From assembly GCA_963716055.1 (NCBI GenBank), contig CAVQSR010000001.1, positions 1,350,791-1,414,790 of the forward strand: a stretch of DNA of 64,000 bases. The letters are read 5' to 3'. This stretch comes from an uncultured Gemmatimonadales bacterium. Its GTDB lineage: Bacteria > Gemmatimonadota > Gemmatimonadetes > Gemmatimonadales > GWC2-71-9. Made by a program: the position numbers and the translations under genes. Under the pieces are notes generated by a model that saw only the letters and a list, made by a program, of their open reading frames with translations, did not search any database and had not been told where the DNA came from. Within the stretch, counting starts at the first letter, position 1. Each line of letters starts with the position of its first letter. Below, piece after piece: positions 55,978-64,000 of this stretch.

Positions 55978-58253
55978 TACGGGCCCCCTCCACGGTAGAC
56001 GATGCGCTTGAATTGCACGGTCGCGCTTGTACGCAATCTGCACAGGTAGACCCCGGCTGGCACGGGCCTGCCGTCGTCCGCCCGCCCGTCCCAGGCAAAC
56101 CGGGGGTCGCAGGTGGCGGTGCCGGCCGCCCCGCGCCCATATCGCCCCGGCGGGAGCACACCCCCGACCCCGGGAGCCGGGATCAGCGACCGCACGCGGC
56201 GGCCGCGCAGGTCGAGGATCTCGAGCTGTACCAGGCTCACGGTCGCGAGATCGAACCACACGCATGTCGGCTCGCCCGCGGGACCGGGAAACGGATTCGG
56301 GAAGTTCTGGTAGAGCAGGGTGGTCGGCGGCACGCTCGGGTCGAGGACGAGGAAGGTGCCGGCGCTCCGGGTCACGCTCGAATCCGGGCCCAACCGGCTC
56401 ACCACCCCCCACCGATAGGTCACGTTGCGCTCGAGCGGCTGCGGCACTAGGAGCGCCGTGTCGGCGAGGTCGGTGATCACCACGTCCGGTATCGAGGCAG
56501 CAGTGCGCTGAATGAATACGTCGTAGCGGAACGGCCCCGGGGGTGCGGCGACCTGGGGCGACGACCACCGTAGCGTCGGTTGCGAGTCCAGCGTGGTCTC
56601 GCCGGCCGGTGCGCTCAAGGTCCGCAGCGTGGCCCACGGCGGTACCGTCACGGGTCCGGCGGGGCCGCTCGATGCCCGCTGACCGGTCGCCGCCGTCGCG
56701 TCCACGTGCCACCACACGGGTCCGGGCGGGAGCGCGCGCGTCACCGTGGCCGAGGTCGCGTCGAGCGTGGTGTCGACGAGCGGCGCGGCGAGCGCCGAAT
56801 CGGCGGCGACGCGGAGGCGGGAGCGGACCGGGCTGGCGAACGCCGGGGTCACGCCGGCTGTCCAGTCGAACGTCGGCGTGACGGTCGCGATCGGTCCCGG
56901 GGGCGGGGCGTGCGCCACGACGCCGATCGGGAAGACGACCGAGGCGGTGACGTCCGGGCGCCCGTGGCCGCGCACGCTGTCGGGAGCCGCGCGGTTCGCG
57001 GCGTGCCGGCGCAATGCCGCGGCGAGGCCGGCCGCGCGGAGGGTCGGGTGTGCCTGCCGCAGGAGGGCGGTGGCGGCGGCGACGAGCGGCGTGGCGAACG
57101 AGGTCCCGTTGAGGCGCCGGACGGTCCCGCCGCCCGTGACGGCGCACACCGCGGCGCCGGGGGCGGTGAGATCCGGTTTCAGGCGGCCGTCGGCCGTCGG
57201 GCCGCGGGACGAGAAGCCCGCCACGGACCCGAGCGAGTCTTCGGCGCCGATCGCGAGGCCGGAATCGGCATCGGCCGGCGTGACGAGCGTACGGAAGCCC
57301 GGACCGCCGTTACCAGCGGCGCTGAGGACGAGGAGCCCGCGCGCGGCGGCGCTGTCGACGGCGACCGTCGTGACCGCGACGTCGCCGTTGAGCTCGGACG
57401 GCAGGTAGCCGAACCCGTTGTCGAAGCTGAGGTACCCGAGACTGGCCGACGCGAGATCGGCGCCGAGCGAGTCGGCCCATTCGAGCGCGGCGACGAAGTG
57501 GTCCTCCTCGATGCGGGTCTCGGAGCGGACGTCCTCGGTCTTGGCGAGCAGATAGGCGGCGTCCCGCGCGACGCCGCGGAGTCGCCCGGGCACGTCGCCC
57601 GCGAGAAGCGACCAGACCGCCGTGCCGTGGCCGTGCGCCCCAGGCTGGTCCGCGGGCTCGTCACGCACCACGCCGTCCGCGAACACGAAATCGCGTTGGG
57701 CGTCGACCACGACGCCGGCGAAGGCGGGATCGGCGGTATCGAAGCCGGTGTCGAGCAGCGCGATGCGGACGCCGGCGCCGGCGAAGCCCTGCTCGGCGAG
57801 GGCGATCAGGTTGAGCTGCCGGTACGGCATCGCGGACGGACCGTACACCGGATCGGCCGTGGGGCCGCAGGTGTCGTCGGCGGCGGTGATGGCGAACGGG
57901 AGGGGCAGGGTATCGGCGGGTGCCGCCCGGCGGCGCCAGCGACCGAGCGGCTGGATGCGCCGCAGGTCCCGGTCCTGCGCCAGGGTGCGCAGGGCCGCGG
58001 CCGGGGCAGCGGCGGAGACCGCGTGGAGCCAGCGGCTCCGCGTGCGGACGCGCGCGCCTGCCCGGGCGGCGCGGATGGCGACGCTGTCGAGCGGAGCGCC
58101 GGGCCGGGCGAAGAGCCAGACGGTGAACACGGTGTCGCGGTGCCAGGCAGCGGGGAGAGCGGCCGACACGGCGGGTTGCTGCGCGCGAACCGCGTGCGGC
58201 GCCACGGGTCCGAGCAGCGCCGCGAGCAGGGCGGCGCGCCGGACGGCGCTCAC
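55977..58253 (-). CDS. Secreted S8 (subtilisin-like) serine peptidase with T9SS-type C-terminal sorting/FlgD-Ig-like domain
   Basis: GTG 58253 (GTGA overlap with the smc stop). Signal peptide. Catalytic residues LLDTGFD (Asp), HGHGTAV (His), NGTSFATP (Ser). C-terminus LLYQNFPNPFP...GVYLCRL. Confidence 0.85.
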   Translation of the reverse strand: MSAVRRAALLAALLGPVAPHAVRAQQPAVSAALPAAWHRDTVFTVWLFARPGAPLDSVAIRAARAGARVRTRSRWLHAVSAAAPAAALRTLAQDRDLRRIQPLGRWRRRAAPADTLPLPFAITAADDTCGPTADPVYGPSAMPYRQLNLIALAEQGFAGAGVRIALLDTGFDTADPAFAGVVVDAQRDFVFADGVVRDEPADQPGAHGHGTAVWSLLAGDVPGRLRGVARDAAYLLAKTEDVRSETRIEEDHFVAALEWADSLGADLASASLGYLSFDNGFGYLPSELNGDVAVTTVAVDSAAARGLLVLSAAGNGGPGFRTLVTPADADSGLAIGAEDSLGSVAGFSSRGPTADGRLKPDLTAPGAAVCAVTGGGTVRRLNGTSFATPLVAAATALLRQAHPTLRAAGLAAALRRHAANRAAPDSVRGHGRPDVTASVVFPIGVVAHAPPPGPIATVTPTFDWTAGVTPAFASPVRSRLRVAADSALAAPLVDTTLDATSATVTRALPPGPVWWHVDATAATGQRASSGPAGPVTVPPWATLRTLSAPAGETTLDSQPTLRWSSPQVAAPPGPFRYDVFIQRTAASIPDVVITDLADTALLVPQPLERNVTYRWGVVSRLGPDSSVTRSAGTFLVLDPSVPPTTLLYQNFPNPFPGPAGEPTCVWFDLATVSLVQLEILDLRGRRVRSLIPAPGVGGVLPPGRYGRGAAGTATCDPRFAWDGRADDGRPVPAGVYLCRLRTSATVQFKRIVYRGGGP

Positions 58254-61200
58254 ACCGTTTCCAGGTGACCCAGGCGGACTCCGACGATCGTGGACACGCC
58301 GGGTTCCTGCATCGTGACTCCGTACACGGCGTCGGTCGCCTGCATCGTGCGCGGGTTGTGGGTGATCACGATGAACTGGGTCTGGTCCTTGAACTCCTGG
58401 AGCAGGCGGACGTAGCGGCCGACGTTGGCGTCGTCGAGCGGTGCGTCCACTTCGTCGAGCAGGCAGAAGGGGCTGGGTTTGGCGAGGAAGATCGCGAACA
58501 GCAGGGAGACGGCGACGAGGGTGCGCTCGCCCGACGACAGCAAGTGTATCCGCTGGGTGCGCTTTCCGCGGGGCGCGGCGTGAATCTCGATCTCGCTGTC
58601 GAGCGGCTCGTCCTCGTTCGCCAGCCGCACGTCGCATTCGCCGCCGCCGAACAACGTCTGGAACACGGACCGGAAGTGCTCGCGGACGTGGGCGAAGGAA
58701 TCGAGGAACAGGGCCTTGGCCGTCTGGTCGATCTCGCGCACGGCCTGCTGGAGCGAGCCGCGGGCGGCGATCAGATCGTCGCGCTGGGTCTGCAGGAAGT
58801 CGAGCCGCTTTTGCTCCTCGGCGTGCTCCTCGACGGCGAGCGCGTTCACCGGTCCCATCTGATCGATGGCGTCGCGCAGCCGGTCGTTCTCCTGGCGCAG
58901 CCACTCGACGTCGCCGGGCACTTCCGGGGCGTCGGCGAGGAGGCGGTCGAGCGGTTTGCGCCACTCGGCGGTGACGCGCTCGACGAGCGCGCGCTTGCGG
59001 CCTTCGAGCTCGGTGCGCTCGAGGGCCAGGCGGTGCTCGGTCTCGGCGAGCCCCTCGAGCGCCCGGCGCGCCTCGCTCATGGTACCCTCGGCCTGGGCGA
59101 GGTCCGCTTCGGCGATGTGGACCTGCCGCTCGGCGTCGCGGGCGGCTTCCTCCAGCGCCGTCAGGGCGAGGCGGCGGTCCTTGAGCCCGTCGTCCCATTG
59201 CGCGCGCTGGGCGCTCACCGTCGCGGTTTCGCGCTCGAGCAGACCAATCTCTTCGGCGAGGCCCGCGGCGTGGCGCCGGGCCTCGGCCGCGTCCGCCGCC
59301 GTGCGGTCGGCGCGCTCCCGCGCCGCCGCCAACCGGGCATCGACCTGCGCCGCCTCAACCTGCCAGTGCACGCGCTGCTCGCGCGCCGCCTCCTGGTGCG
59401 CCTCGGTTTCTTGCAGGCGGGCACGCGCCGCTCCGAGCTGCTCGTCGAGCCGGACGCGCTCCACGTCGAGCTGCTGGAGCGCGACGGCGATTTCTTCCAG
59501 CCGGGCATCGACTTCGGCCAGACGACCCGTGACGCGCTGCACGAGCGCCGTGCCCTCGGCGGCGTCGCGCCGCGTGTGCGCCACGGCGCGATCCGCCTCA
59601 CCGCGGGCCGCCGCGGCTTCGAGCTCGGCCTGGCGCGCCTGCTGGGCCGCGTCCTCGGCGGTCACAAACGCGGCTTCGGCCGCGGCGAGCGCGCGGGTGG
59701 TTTCGTCGAGGCCCGCCCGGGCGGCGGCACCGGCGGCATCCGCCTCGGCCACGTCGCGCGCCAGCCCCTCGAGCTCCGCACGCCGTTGCAGTGGCCCGCT
59801 CGCCGGCGCGACGTCGAGCAGCACCGCCCCGTTCGCCCGCCGCACCGTGCGCCCGTCGTCCAAGACCTCGTGACCCGCCAGCAGGGCGCGGACCCAGGCT
59901 ACGGCGGGCCCGTCCACCCGTACCGCGTCCTCGAGCGGGTGCCCGTCCGCACCGAGGCGCGGCCCGGGGATGCAGGGCAGGAGCACGAGCGGGCCGGGCT
60001 GCGCGGCGGCGTGCCACGACCGGATGGCGGGAATCGCGGACTCGTCGCGCACCAGCACGGCGTGCAGCCACTCGCCGAACAGGCGCTCGGCCAACTCGGC
60101 GTCCTGACGGCCGGTGCGCACGAAGTCGGAGAGGGGGCCGAGGACGGTCCCGTCGAAGCGGTCGCGTTCGCGCAGCAGCGCCTGCGCCGCCGGCGCGAGG
60201 CCCACGCGCTCGCGGTCGAGCTCGGCCAGGGCGTCGCGACGCGCGGCGAGGTGCGCGAGCGTCTCCTCCGCCCGCCGGCGGCTGGCGCGCCCATGCGTCT
60301 CCGCCTCGCGCAGCGCCGCCACCCGGCTGCGCGCCGCCTCCTGCGCATCGCCGGCGGCCTGCGCGGCCCGGCTCGTCTCCGTGGCGCGGAGCGCGCGCCG
60401 CTCGAGCTCCGCCGCCGCCGCTCGCTCGGCCGTCTCCCGGCGGGCCCGCTCCGTCGTGGCGTGCGCGGCCTCGTCCTGGCGCTCGCTGCGCTCCCGCCCC
60501 AGCGCGGTCCGCTCGGCGTCCAGCGCGTGCTGCGCTTCGGCGTGACGCTGGATGCGCTCCTCGAGCTCGCGCACGGCCACCCGCTGGGCGGCGAGCCGGT
60601 CGCGGATCTCCTGCTCCACCGTGGTGCGCTGGGTGAGCTCGCCTTGCACGGCGGTGAGATCGCTTCCGGCGGCGGCGCATTCGGCATCCGCGGCCGCATG
60701 GGCGCGGTCGGCTTCCGAGGCCCGCTGCTCGGCGGTGGTCCGCTCATCCGCCGCCTGCGCGCGCCGTTTGCCGGCGTTCGCGAGTCGTTCCGCCGCCAGC
60801 GCCAGATCGCCCTCGAGCCGTCCGATATCGAGTCGCGCGCCCGACAGCTGGCGCTCGACCTCGGTGCGGCGGGCTTCCGCCGCCTGCCGCCCCTGACCGG
60901 CGTCCTCGCGGCGGCGCTCGGCATCCGCCAGGCGTTCGCGGGCCACCGGCAGCGCTTCGGCCACCTCACGGCCCCGCGCACCGACGCTGCCCAGGGCGAG
61001 GTCGAAGTCCTCCAGCTCGCGGCGCACCAGGGTGATCGCGATCCCGAAGCGCTCGTCGACGGCCTTGGCGTAGCGCTCCGCCTTGCCCCGCTGGCGCGCC
61101 AGGCTGCGGACCTGCGTCTGCACTTCCGCCACCAGGTCTCCGAGGCGGGCCAGGTCGACGGCGGTTTCCTCGAGCCGGCGCTCGGTGCTGCGCTTGCGGT

Positions 61201-61714
61201 CCCGATACAGGCCGATGCCCGCCGCTTCCTCGAACAGCGACCGGCGCTCCTCGGCCTTCTCCGAGAGGAGGGCGTCGATCATCCGTGCTTCCATGACGAC
61301 CGCGGCGTCGGCGCCCAGCCCCGTTCCGCGCAGCAGGTCCTGGATGTCGCGCAGGCGGACGGGCGAGCGGTTGAGCAGGTACTCGCTCTGTCCCGATCGC
61401 GACAGACGCCGGGTGACCGCGACCTCCCGATAGGCGATCGGCAGCGTCCCGTCGGCGTTGTCGAACACGAGCGACACTTCGGCCACGTTCACCGGACGGC
61501 GGCCGGTCGAGCCCTGAAAGATCACGTCTTCCATCTTTCCGCCGCGCAGCAGCCGGGGCGATTGCTCGCCCAGCACCCAGCGCACGGCGTCCGAGATGTT
61601 GGACTTCCCGCAGCCGTTCGGCCCCACGATCGCCGTGACACCCGCTTCGAACGGGAGCTCGACGGCGCCCGCGAACGACTTGAAGCCCGACAGCTCGAGC
61701 CGGATCAGCCTCAT
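58250..61714 (-). CDS. smc: Chromosome segregation protein SMC
   Basis: Start reset to ATG 61714 (MRLIRLELSGFKSFAG..IVGPNGCGKSNISDA). Long coiled coils, a hinge, C-terminal LSSGERTLVAVSLLFAIF and FCLLDEVDAPLD. Confidence 0.95.
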   Translation of the reverse strand: MRLIRLELSGFKSFAGAVELPFEAGVTAIVGPNGCGKSNISDAVRWVLGEQSPRLLRGGKMEDVIFQGSTGRRPVNVAEVSLVFDNADGTLPIAYREVAVTRRLSRSGQSEYLLNRSPVRLRDIQDLLRGTGLGADAAVVMEARMIDALLSEKAEERRSLFEEAAGIGLYRDRKRSTERRLEETAVDLARLGDLVAEVQTQVRSLARQRGKAERYAKAVDERFGIAITLVRRELEDFDLALGSVGARGREVAEALPVARERLADAERRREDAGQGRQAAEARRTEVERQLSGARLDIGRLEGDLALAAERLANAGKRRAQAADERTTAEQRASEADRAHAAADAECAAAGSDLTAVQGELTQRTTVEQEIRDRLAAQRVAVRELEERIQRHAEAQHALDAERTALGRERSERQDEAAHATTERARRETAERAAAAELERRALRATETSRAAQAAGDAQEAARSRVAALREAETHGRASRRRAEETLAHLAARRDALAELDRERVGLAPAAQALLRERDRFDGTVLGPLSDFVRTGRQDAELAERLFGEWLHAVLVRDESAIPAIRSWHAAAQPGPLVLLPCIPGPRLGADGHPLEDAVRVDGPAVAWVRALLAGHEVLDDGRTVRRANGAVLLDVAPASGPLQRRAELEGLARDVAEADAAGAAARAGLDETTRALAAAEAAFVTAEDAAQQARQAELEAAAARGEADRAVAHTRRDAAEGTALVQRVTGRLAEVDARLEEIAVALQQLDVERVRLDEQLGAARARLQETEAHQEAAREQRVHWQVEAAQVDARLAAARERADRTAADAAEARRHAAGLAEEIGLLERETATVSAQRAQWDDGLKDRRLALTALEEAARDAERQVHIAEADLAQAEGTMSEARRALEGLAETEHRLALERTELEGRKRALVERVTAEWRKPLDRLLADAPEVPGDVEWLRQENDRLRDAIDQMGPVNALAVEEHAEEQKRLDFLQTQRDDLIAARGSLQQAVREIDQTAKALFLDSFAHVREHFRSVFQTLFGGGECDVRLANEDEPLDSEIEIHAAPRGKRTQRIHLLSSGERTLVAVSLLFAIFLAKPSPFCLLDEVDAPLDDANVGRYVRLLQEFKDQTQFIVITHNPRTMQATDAVYGVTMQEPGVSTIVGVRLGHLETV

Positions 61715-63000
61715 GGAGTGCGCTCCCGACGGTGGACGAGATCGGCGGGCACACCGGCCCGCGTGAGCAGCTCGCGCGCGTACGCCGCCTGCTCGGCGCT
61801 TTCGAACGCGCCGACCGCCAGGCGGCCGCCCGACAACACGACCGGGATGCCGCGGCGCAGCAGGGCCGTGCTGTCCGAGTTGCGGACCCGTGGGACCAGC
61901 GTGAGCGGCGCCCGGACGAGCTCGCCCTGGCCGCGCCGCGCTACGCCACGCGACCAGAGGCTGTCGCGGCCGGCGATCGCCCGAGCCTGGTCGCCCCAAC
62001 CCCCGGCGAGCACGCGATACCACACGGCCGCGCCGCTGCCCGCGGTGACCGGCGCCACCACGGCTTCGGTCCCGCCCGCGCGCAGCTCGGTCGCGTGGGT
62101 CAGCGCGTTCGCCACGTTGGCGTAGGCCGCGAGCTGGATGACCCACGCCAGCGTGTCCGCCGCGGCGACCGGGGCGGGCGGCTCGGGCACCGGATCGGCC
62201 GGGCGCTCGACCGGGGCCGCGGCCCGGATCGCGGGCGCCTCGGGCGTCGGAGACGGGGCGGCGCGGCTCCGGAGCAGCACCATGCCCGCCGCGCCGCCGC
62301 CGAGCACCACGAGCGCGCCGGCCGCGATCGCCACGCGCCGGCCGCGGCCCGACGGCCGGGCCGGCCGCGCGGGTGCCTCTGGCATCGGCGCCCACTCTTC
62401 GTCCTGGATAGCCGCCGTGGGCGGGGGCGTCCAGCGGTCGCGCACCACGCCCAGGAGCATCGCGCCATCCACCTGCGCCGCGCGCACGTCACGGGCCACC
62501 GGTGACTCGAGATCGAATCCGCCGGGCGCCAGCACGATGACGCCGTCGGGAATGACGGACAGACTGGCGAGCGCCCCCGCGGGAACGTACGCCAGCAGCA
62601 GCGCCCGCTCCGCGCGGAAGCCGGCGTGGAGCTTCCGCCAGCGTGGGTGAGCCAGCACGAACTCCGGTGCCGCGGTGCGGGCACCGGCCGGAATGAAGAA
62701 TACGCCGCCGACGTCGTGGGCGACCGAGTTCAGCTCGGCGTTACGCTCGAACACGTCCACGATCCCGGCCGCATCGGGTGCGACGCCGGCCCCGCGGAAC
62801 AACTGCGGCTCTTCCATCGACAGATCCACCAGGGCCACGCGGCGGCCGCCGGCCCGAGCGGCGCGCGCCACCGCCCACGCCGCGTCGGCCGCCCACCGGT
62901 CTTCCCCCGTGCCCGCCACCAGCGCGACGAGCGCGTGCTCCTGCACGAGAGACGGCACGAGGCCGTCGAGCCGTGACCGCGGCAGGGGGCGGAGCGTCAC
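61711..63000 (-). CDS. SPOR-domain membrane protein with N-terminal ParA/MinD-like domain lacking Walker A
   Basis: GTG 63000 (GTGA overlap). N-domain VALVAGTGEDRW..RVALVDLS..VFFIPAG..LLLAYVP. TM IAAGALVVLGGGAAGMVLL. Two C-terminal SPOR-like units (WVIQLAAYAN.., RLAVGAFES..). Confidence 0.65.
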   Translation of the reverse strand: MTLRPLPRSRLDGLVPSLVQEHALVALVAGTGEDRWAADAAWAVARAARAGGRRVALVDLSMEEPQLFRGAGVAPDAAGIVDVFERNAELNSVAHDVGGVFFIPAGARTAAPEFVLAHPRWRKLHAGFRAERALLLAYVPAGALASLSVIPDGVIVLAPGGFDLESPVARDVRAAQVDGAMLLGVVRDRWTPPPTAAIQDEEWAPMPEAPARPARPSGRGRRVAIAAGALVVLGGGAAGMVLLRSRAAPSPTPEAPAIRAAAPVERPADPVPEPPAPVAAADTLAWVIQLAAYANVANALTHATELRAGGTEAVVAPVTAGSGAAVWYRVLAGGWGDQARAIAGRDSLWSRGVARRGQGELVRAPLTLVPRVRNSDSTALLRRGIPVVLSGGRLAVGAFESAEQAAYARELLTRAGVPADLVHRRERTP

Positions 63001-63983
63001 CGGCCACCCCCCGCCTGGTAGATCCAGAACGGACGCCCCAGCTTGCGTCCCATCGCTTCGGCGTCCGCCCGGTTGGGGTAGGGGCCGAGCACCACGCGGT
63101 AGCCATCGTCCGCGGCGCGGGGCGGCAGCACCCGCGCCTGTAAGCCGGCCCGCACCAGCTGCTGCGCGTTCTCGGCGGACCATTCCCGGTTCTGGGACAC
63201 GGACACCTGCACGTACAGCGGGCCCTCGGCGCCCACCGAGTCGGCGCCGGACGGGGCGTCGGCGGTCTGCGTCGGCAGGCCCCGCGGTCGCCACGCGGAG
63301 GCCAGCCAGCGATCGCGCGCGCCACCCGCGATCCGTCCCCGCACCACGCCCGGCGAATCCACCGCGACCGCCACGACGTCGTCACCGCGGCGGAATAGCA
63401 GGGTGCCGTCCGGCGCGATCGTGGGCAGGTCCGCCTCCCACGGCGCGGCGATCGTACCCCGCAAGGTGCGGGTCGGCAGATCCACGATCCACACCGAGTC
63501 CGCGCCCTCGACCGAACGCGCCAGCAGCCAGCGTCCCAGGGGATCGATCCGCAGCGCGGCGGCCGGGCCCGGCAGCGGGACGTCATCGAGGGGACGGCGC
63601 CGGAAGCGGTCGATCGTCGCGAGGCCGGGCCGCCCGCTGCGGGCGACGTACAGCCGGTGCCCCGAGGGGGAAAACGCCACCGCTCGCGGCTGGCCACGGA
63701 GGCGGACGAAAGACGGTGCCCGTCGGGCCAGCGGATCCAGCACGAGGACGCCCGAATCGGTGGCGACCGCGACGACGTCGCCCCACAGCGTCGCGGCGAC
63801 CTCTCCCACGGTGGGTAGCGCGGCCGGCTCGCCGCTCTTGTCGGCCGTGGCGGCCAGGAGCCGGGGCGGGTCGCCGCGCACGACGGCGAGCAGGCGCTGG
63901 TCGGTCGCCCCGAACACCAGGGCGGGCGCGCCGGGGAGGGGGGTGGTCCACTGGCGGCGGGAGCGCCGCTTGAGCGCGGTCAC
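62997..63983 (-). CDS. Beta-propeller-like repeat protein with C-terminal SPOR domain; may extend beyond the window
   Basis: Repeats such as AVAFSPSGHRLYVA / LRIDPLGRWLLA / PTIAPDGTLLF. C-terminal SPOR (LYVQVSVSQNREWSAENAQQLVRAGL..YRVVLGPY). The frame remains open upstream of GTG 63983 to position 64000. Confidence 0.6.
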   Translation of the reverse strand: MTALKRRSRRQWTTPLPGAPALVFGATDQRLLAVVRGDPPRLLAATADKSGEPAALPTVGEVAATLWGDVVAVATDSGVLVLDPLARRAPSFVRLRGQPRAVAFSPSGHRLYVARSGRPGLATIDRFRRRPLDDVPLPGPAAALRIDPLGRWLLARSVEGADSVWIVDLPTRTLRGTIAAPWEADLPTIAPDGTLLFRRGDDVVAVAVDSPGVVRGRIAGGARDRWLASAWRPRGLPTQTADAPSGADSVGAEGPLYVQVSVSQNREWSAENAQQLVRAGLQARVLPPRAADDGYRVVLGPYPNRADAEAMGRKLGRPFWIYQAGGGR

Positions 63984-64000
63984 CCGGTGTTGTCCGTCCA

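Noticed and set aside
55978-59198. N-terminal extensions of track ORFs 55201..57147 and 55977..59198
   Set aside because: The extensions are Arg/Pro-rich and overlap the upstream genes out of frame. Domain boundaries plus the GTGA start/stop overlap at 58253 and the 1-nt GTAGTG overlap at 55977 give the shorter genes.
58265-62125. 1286-aa plus-strand ORF
   Set aside because: Antisense to smc. The coiled-coil coding sequence is stop-poor on both strands.
61715-62395. N-terminal 227 aa of the 1381-aa smc track ORF
   Set aside because: R/G/A-rich, and it overlaps the SPOR-protein gene. The canonical SMC N-terminus MRLIRLELSGFKSF starts at 61714.

Overview
This is a high-GC bacterial chromosome segment, about 70% GC by eye (not computed), that is densely coded with many 4-nt start/stop overlaps. 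A T9SS-type C-terminal tail on a subtilase, a PSCyt-type CxxCH tail, a 285-aa primary-like sigma factor and an MCE/Mla cluster suggest an FCB-group, Gemmatimonadota-like organism; this is inference only. The main result is at the left edge. Positions 1-6097 are visibly lower in GC and end exactly where a comM (Mg-chelatase-like ATPase) gene is truncated, which fits the right end of a comM-inserted genomic island. On the minus strand the island carries an XRE regulator, a 709-aa membrane-embedded serine hydrolase, a coupled 54-aa ORF, and an ORF of at least 1060 aa that is missing from the supplied ORF track because it runs off the window. That ORF has an Mrr-like N-domain, a P-loop and a long helical region. 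I propose this as a candidate undescribed defence-type module. The second result is at 7.2-12.5 kb: a peroxisome-style ether-lipid module (AGPS, a FAR-DHAPAT fusion and an SDR) in which AGPS is broken by four frameshifts while its neighbours are intact. Other notable features are a 1473-aa lipoprotein with 11 Ig-like repeats and a cytochrome-c-like tail coupled to a Ser/Thr kinase, and an Mla-type cluster whose ATPase has lost every catalytic motif. There are also leaderless-looking promoters with a recurring TATATTG, a 9-bp tandem repeat, and two SPOR proteins next to smc. I found no rRNA, tRNA or CRISPR array. Many long ORFs in the track are antisense or N-terminally over-extended high-GC artefacts, so I re-set starts where a domain boundary and an overlapping start/stop supported it.
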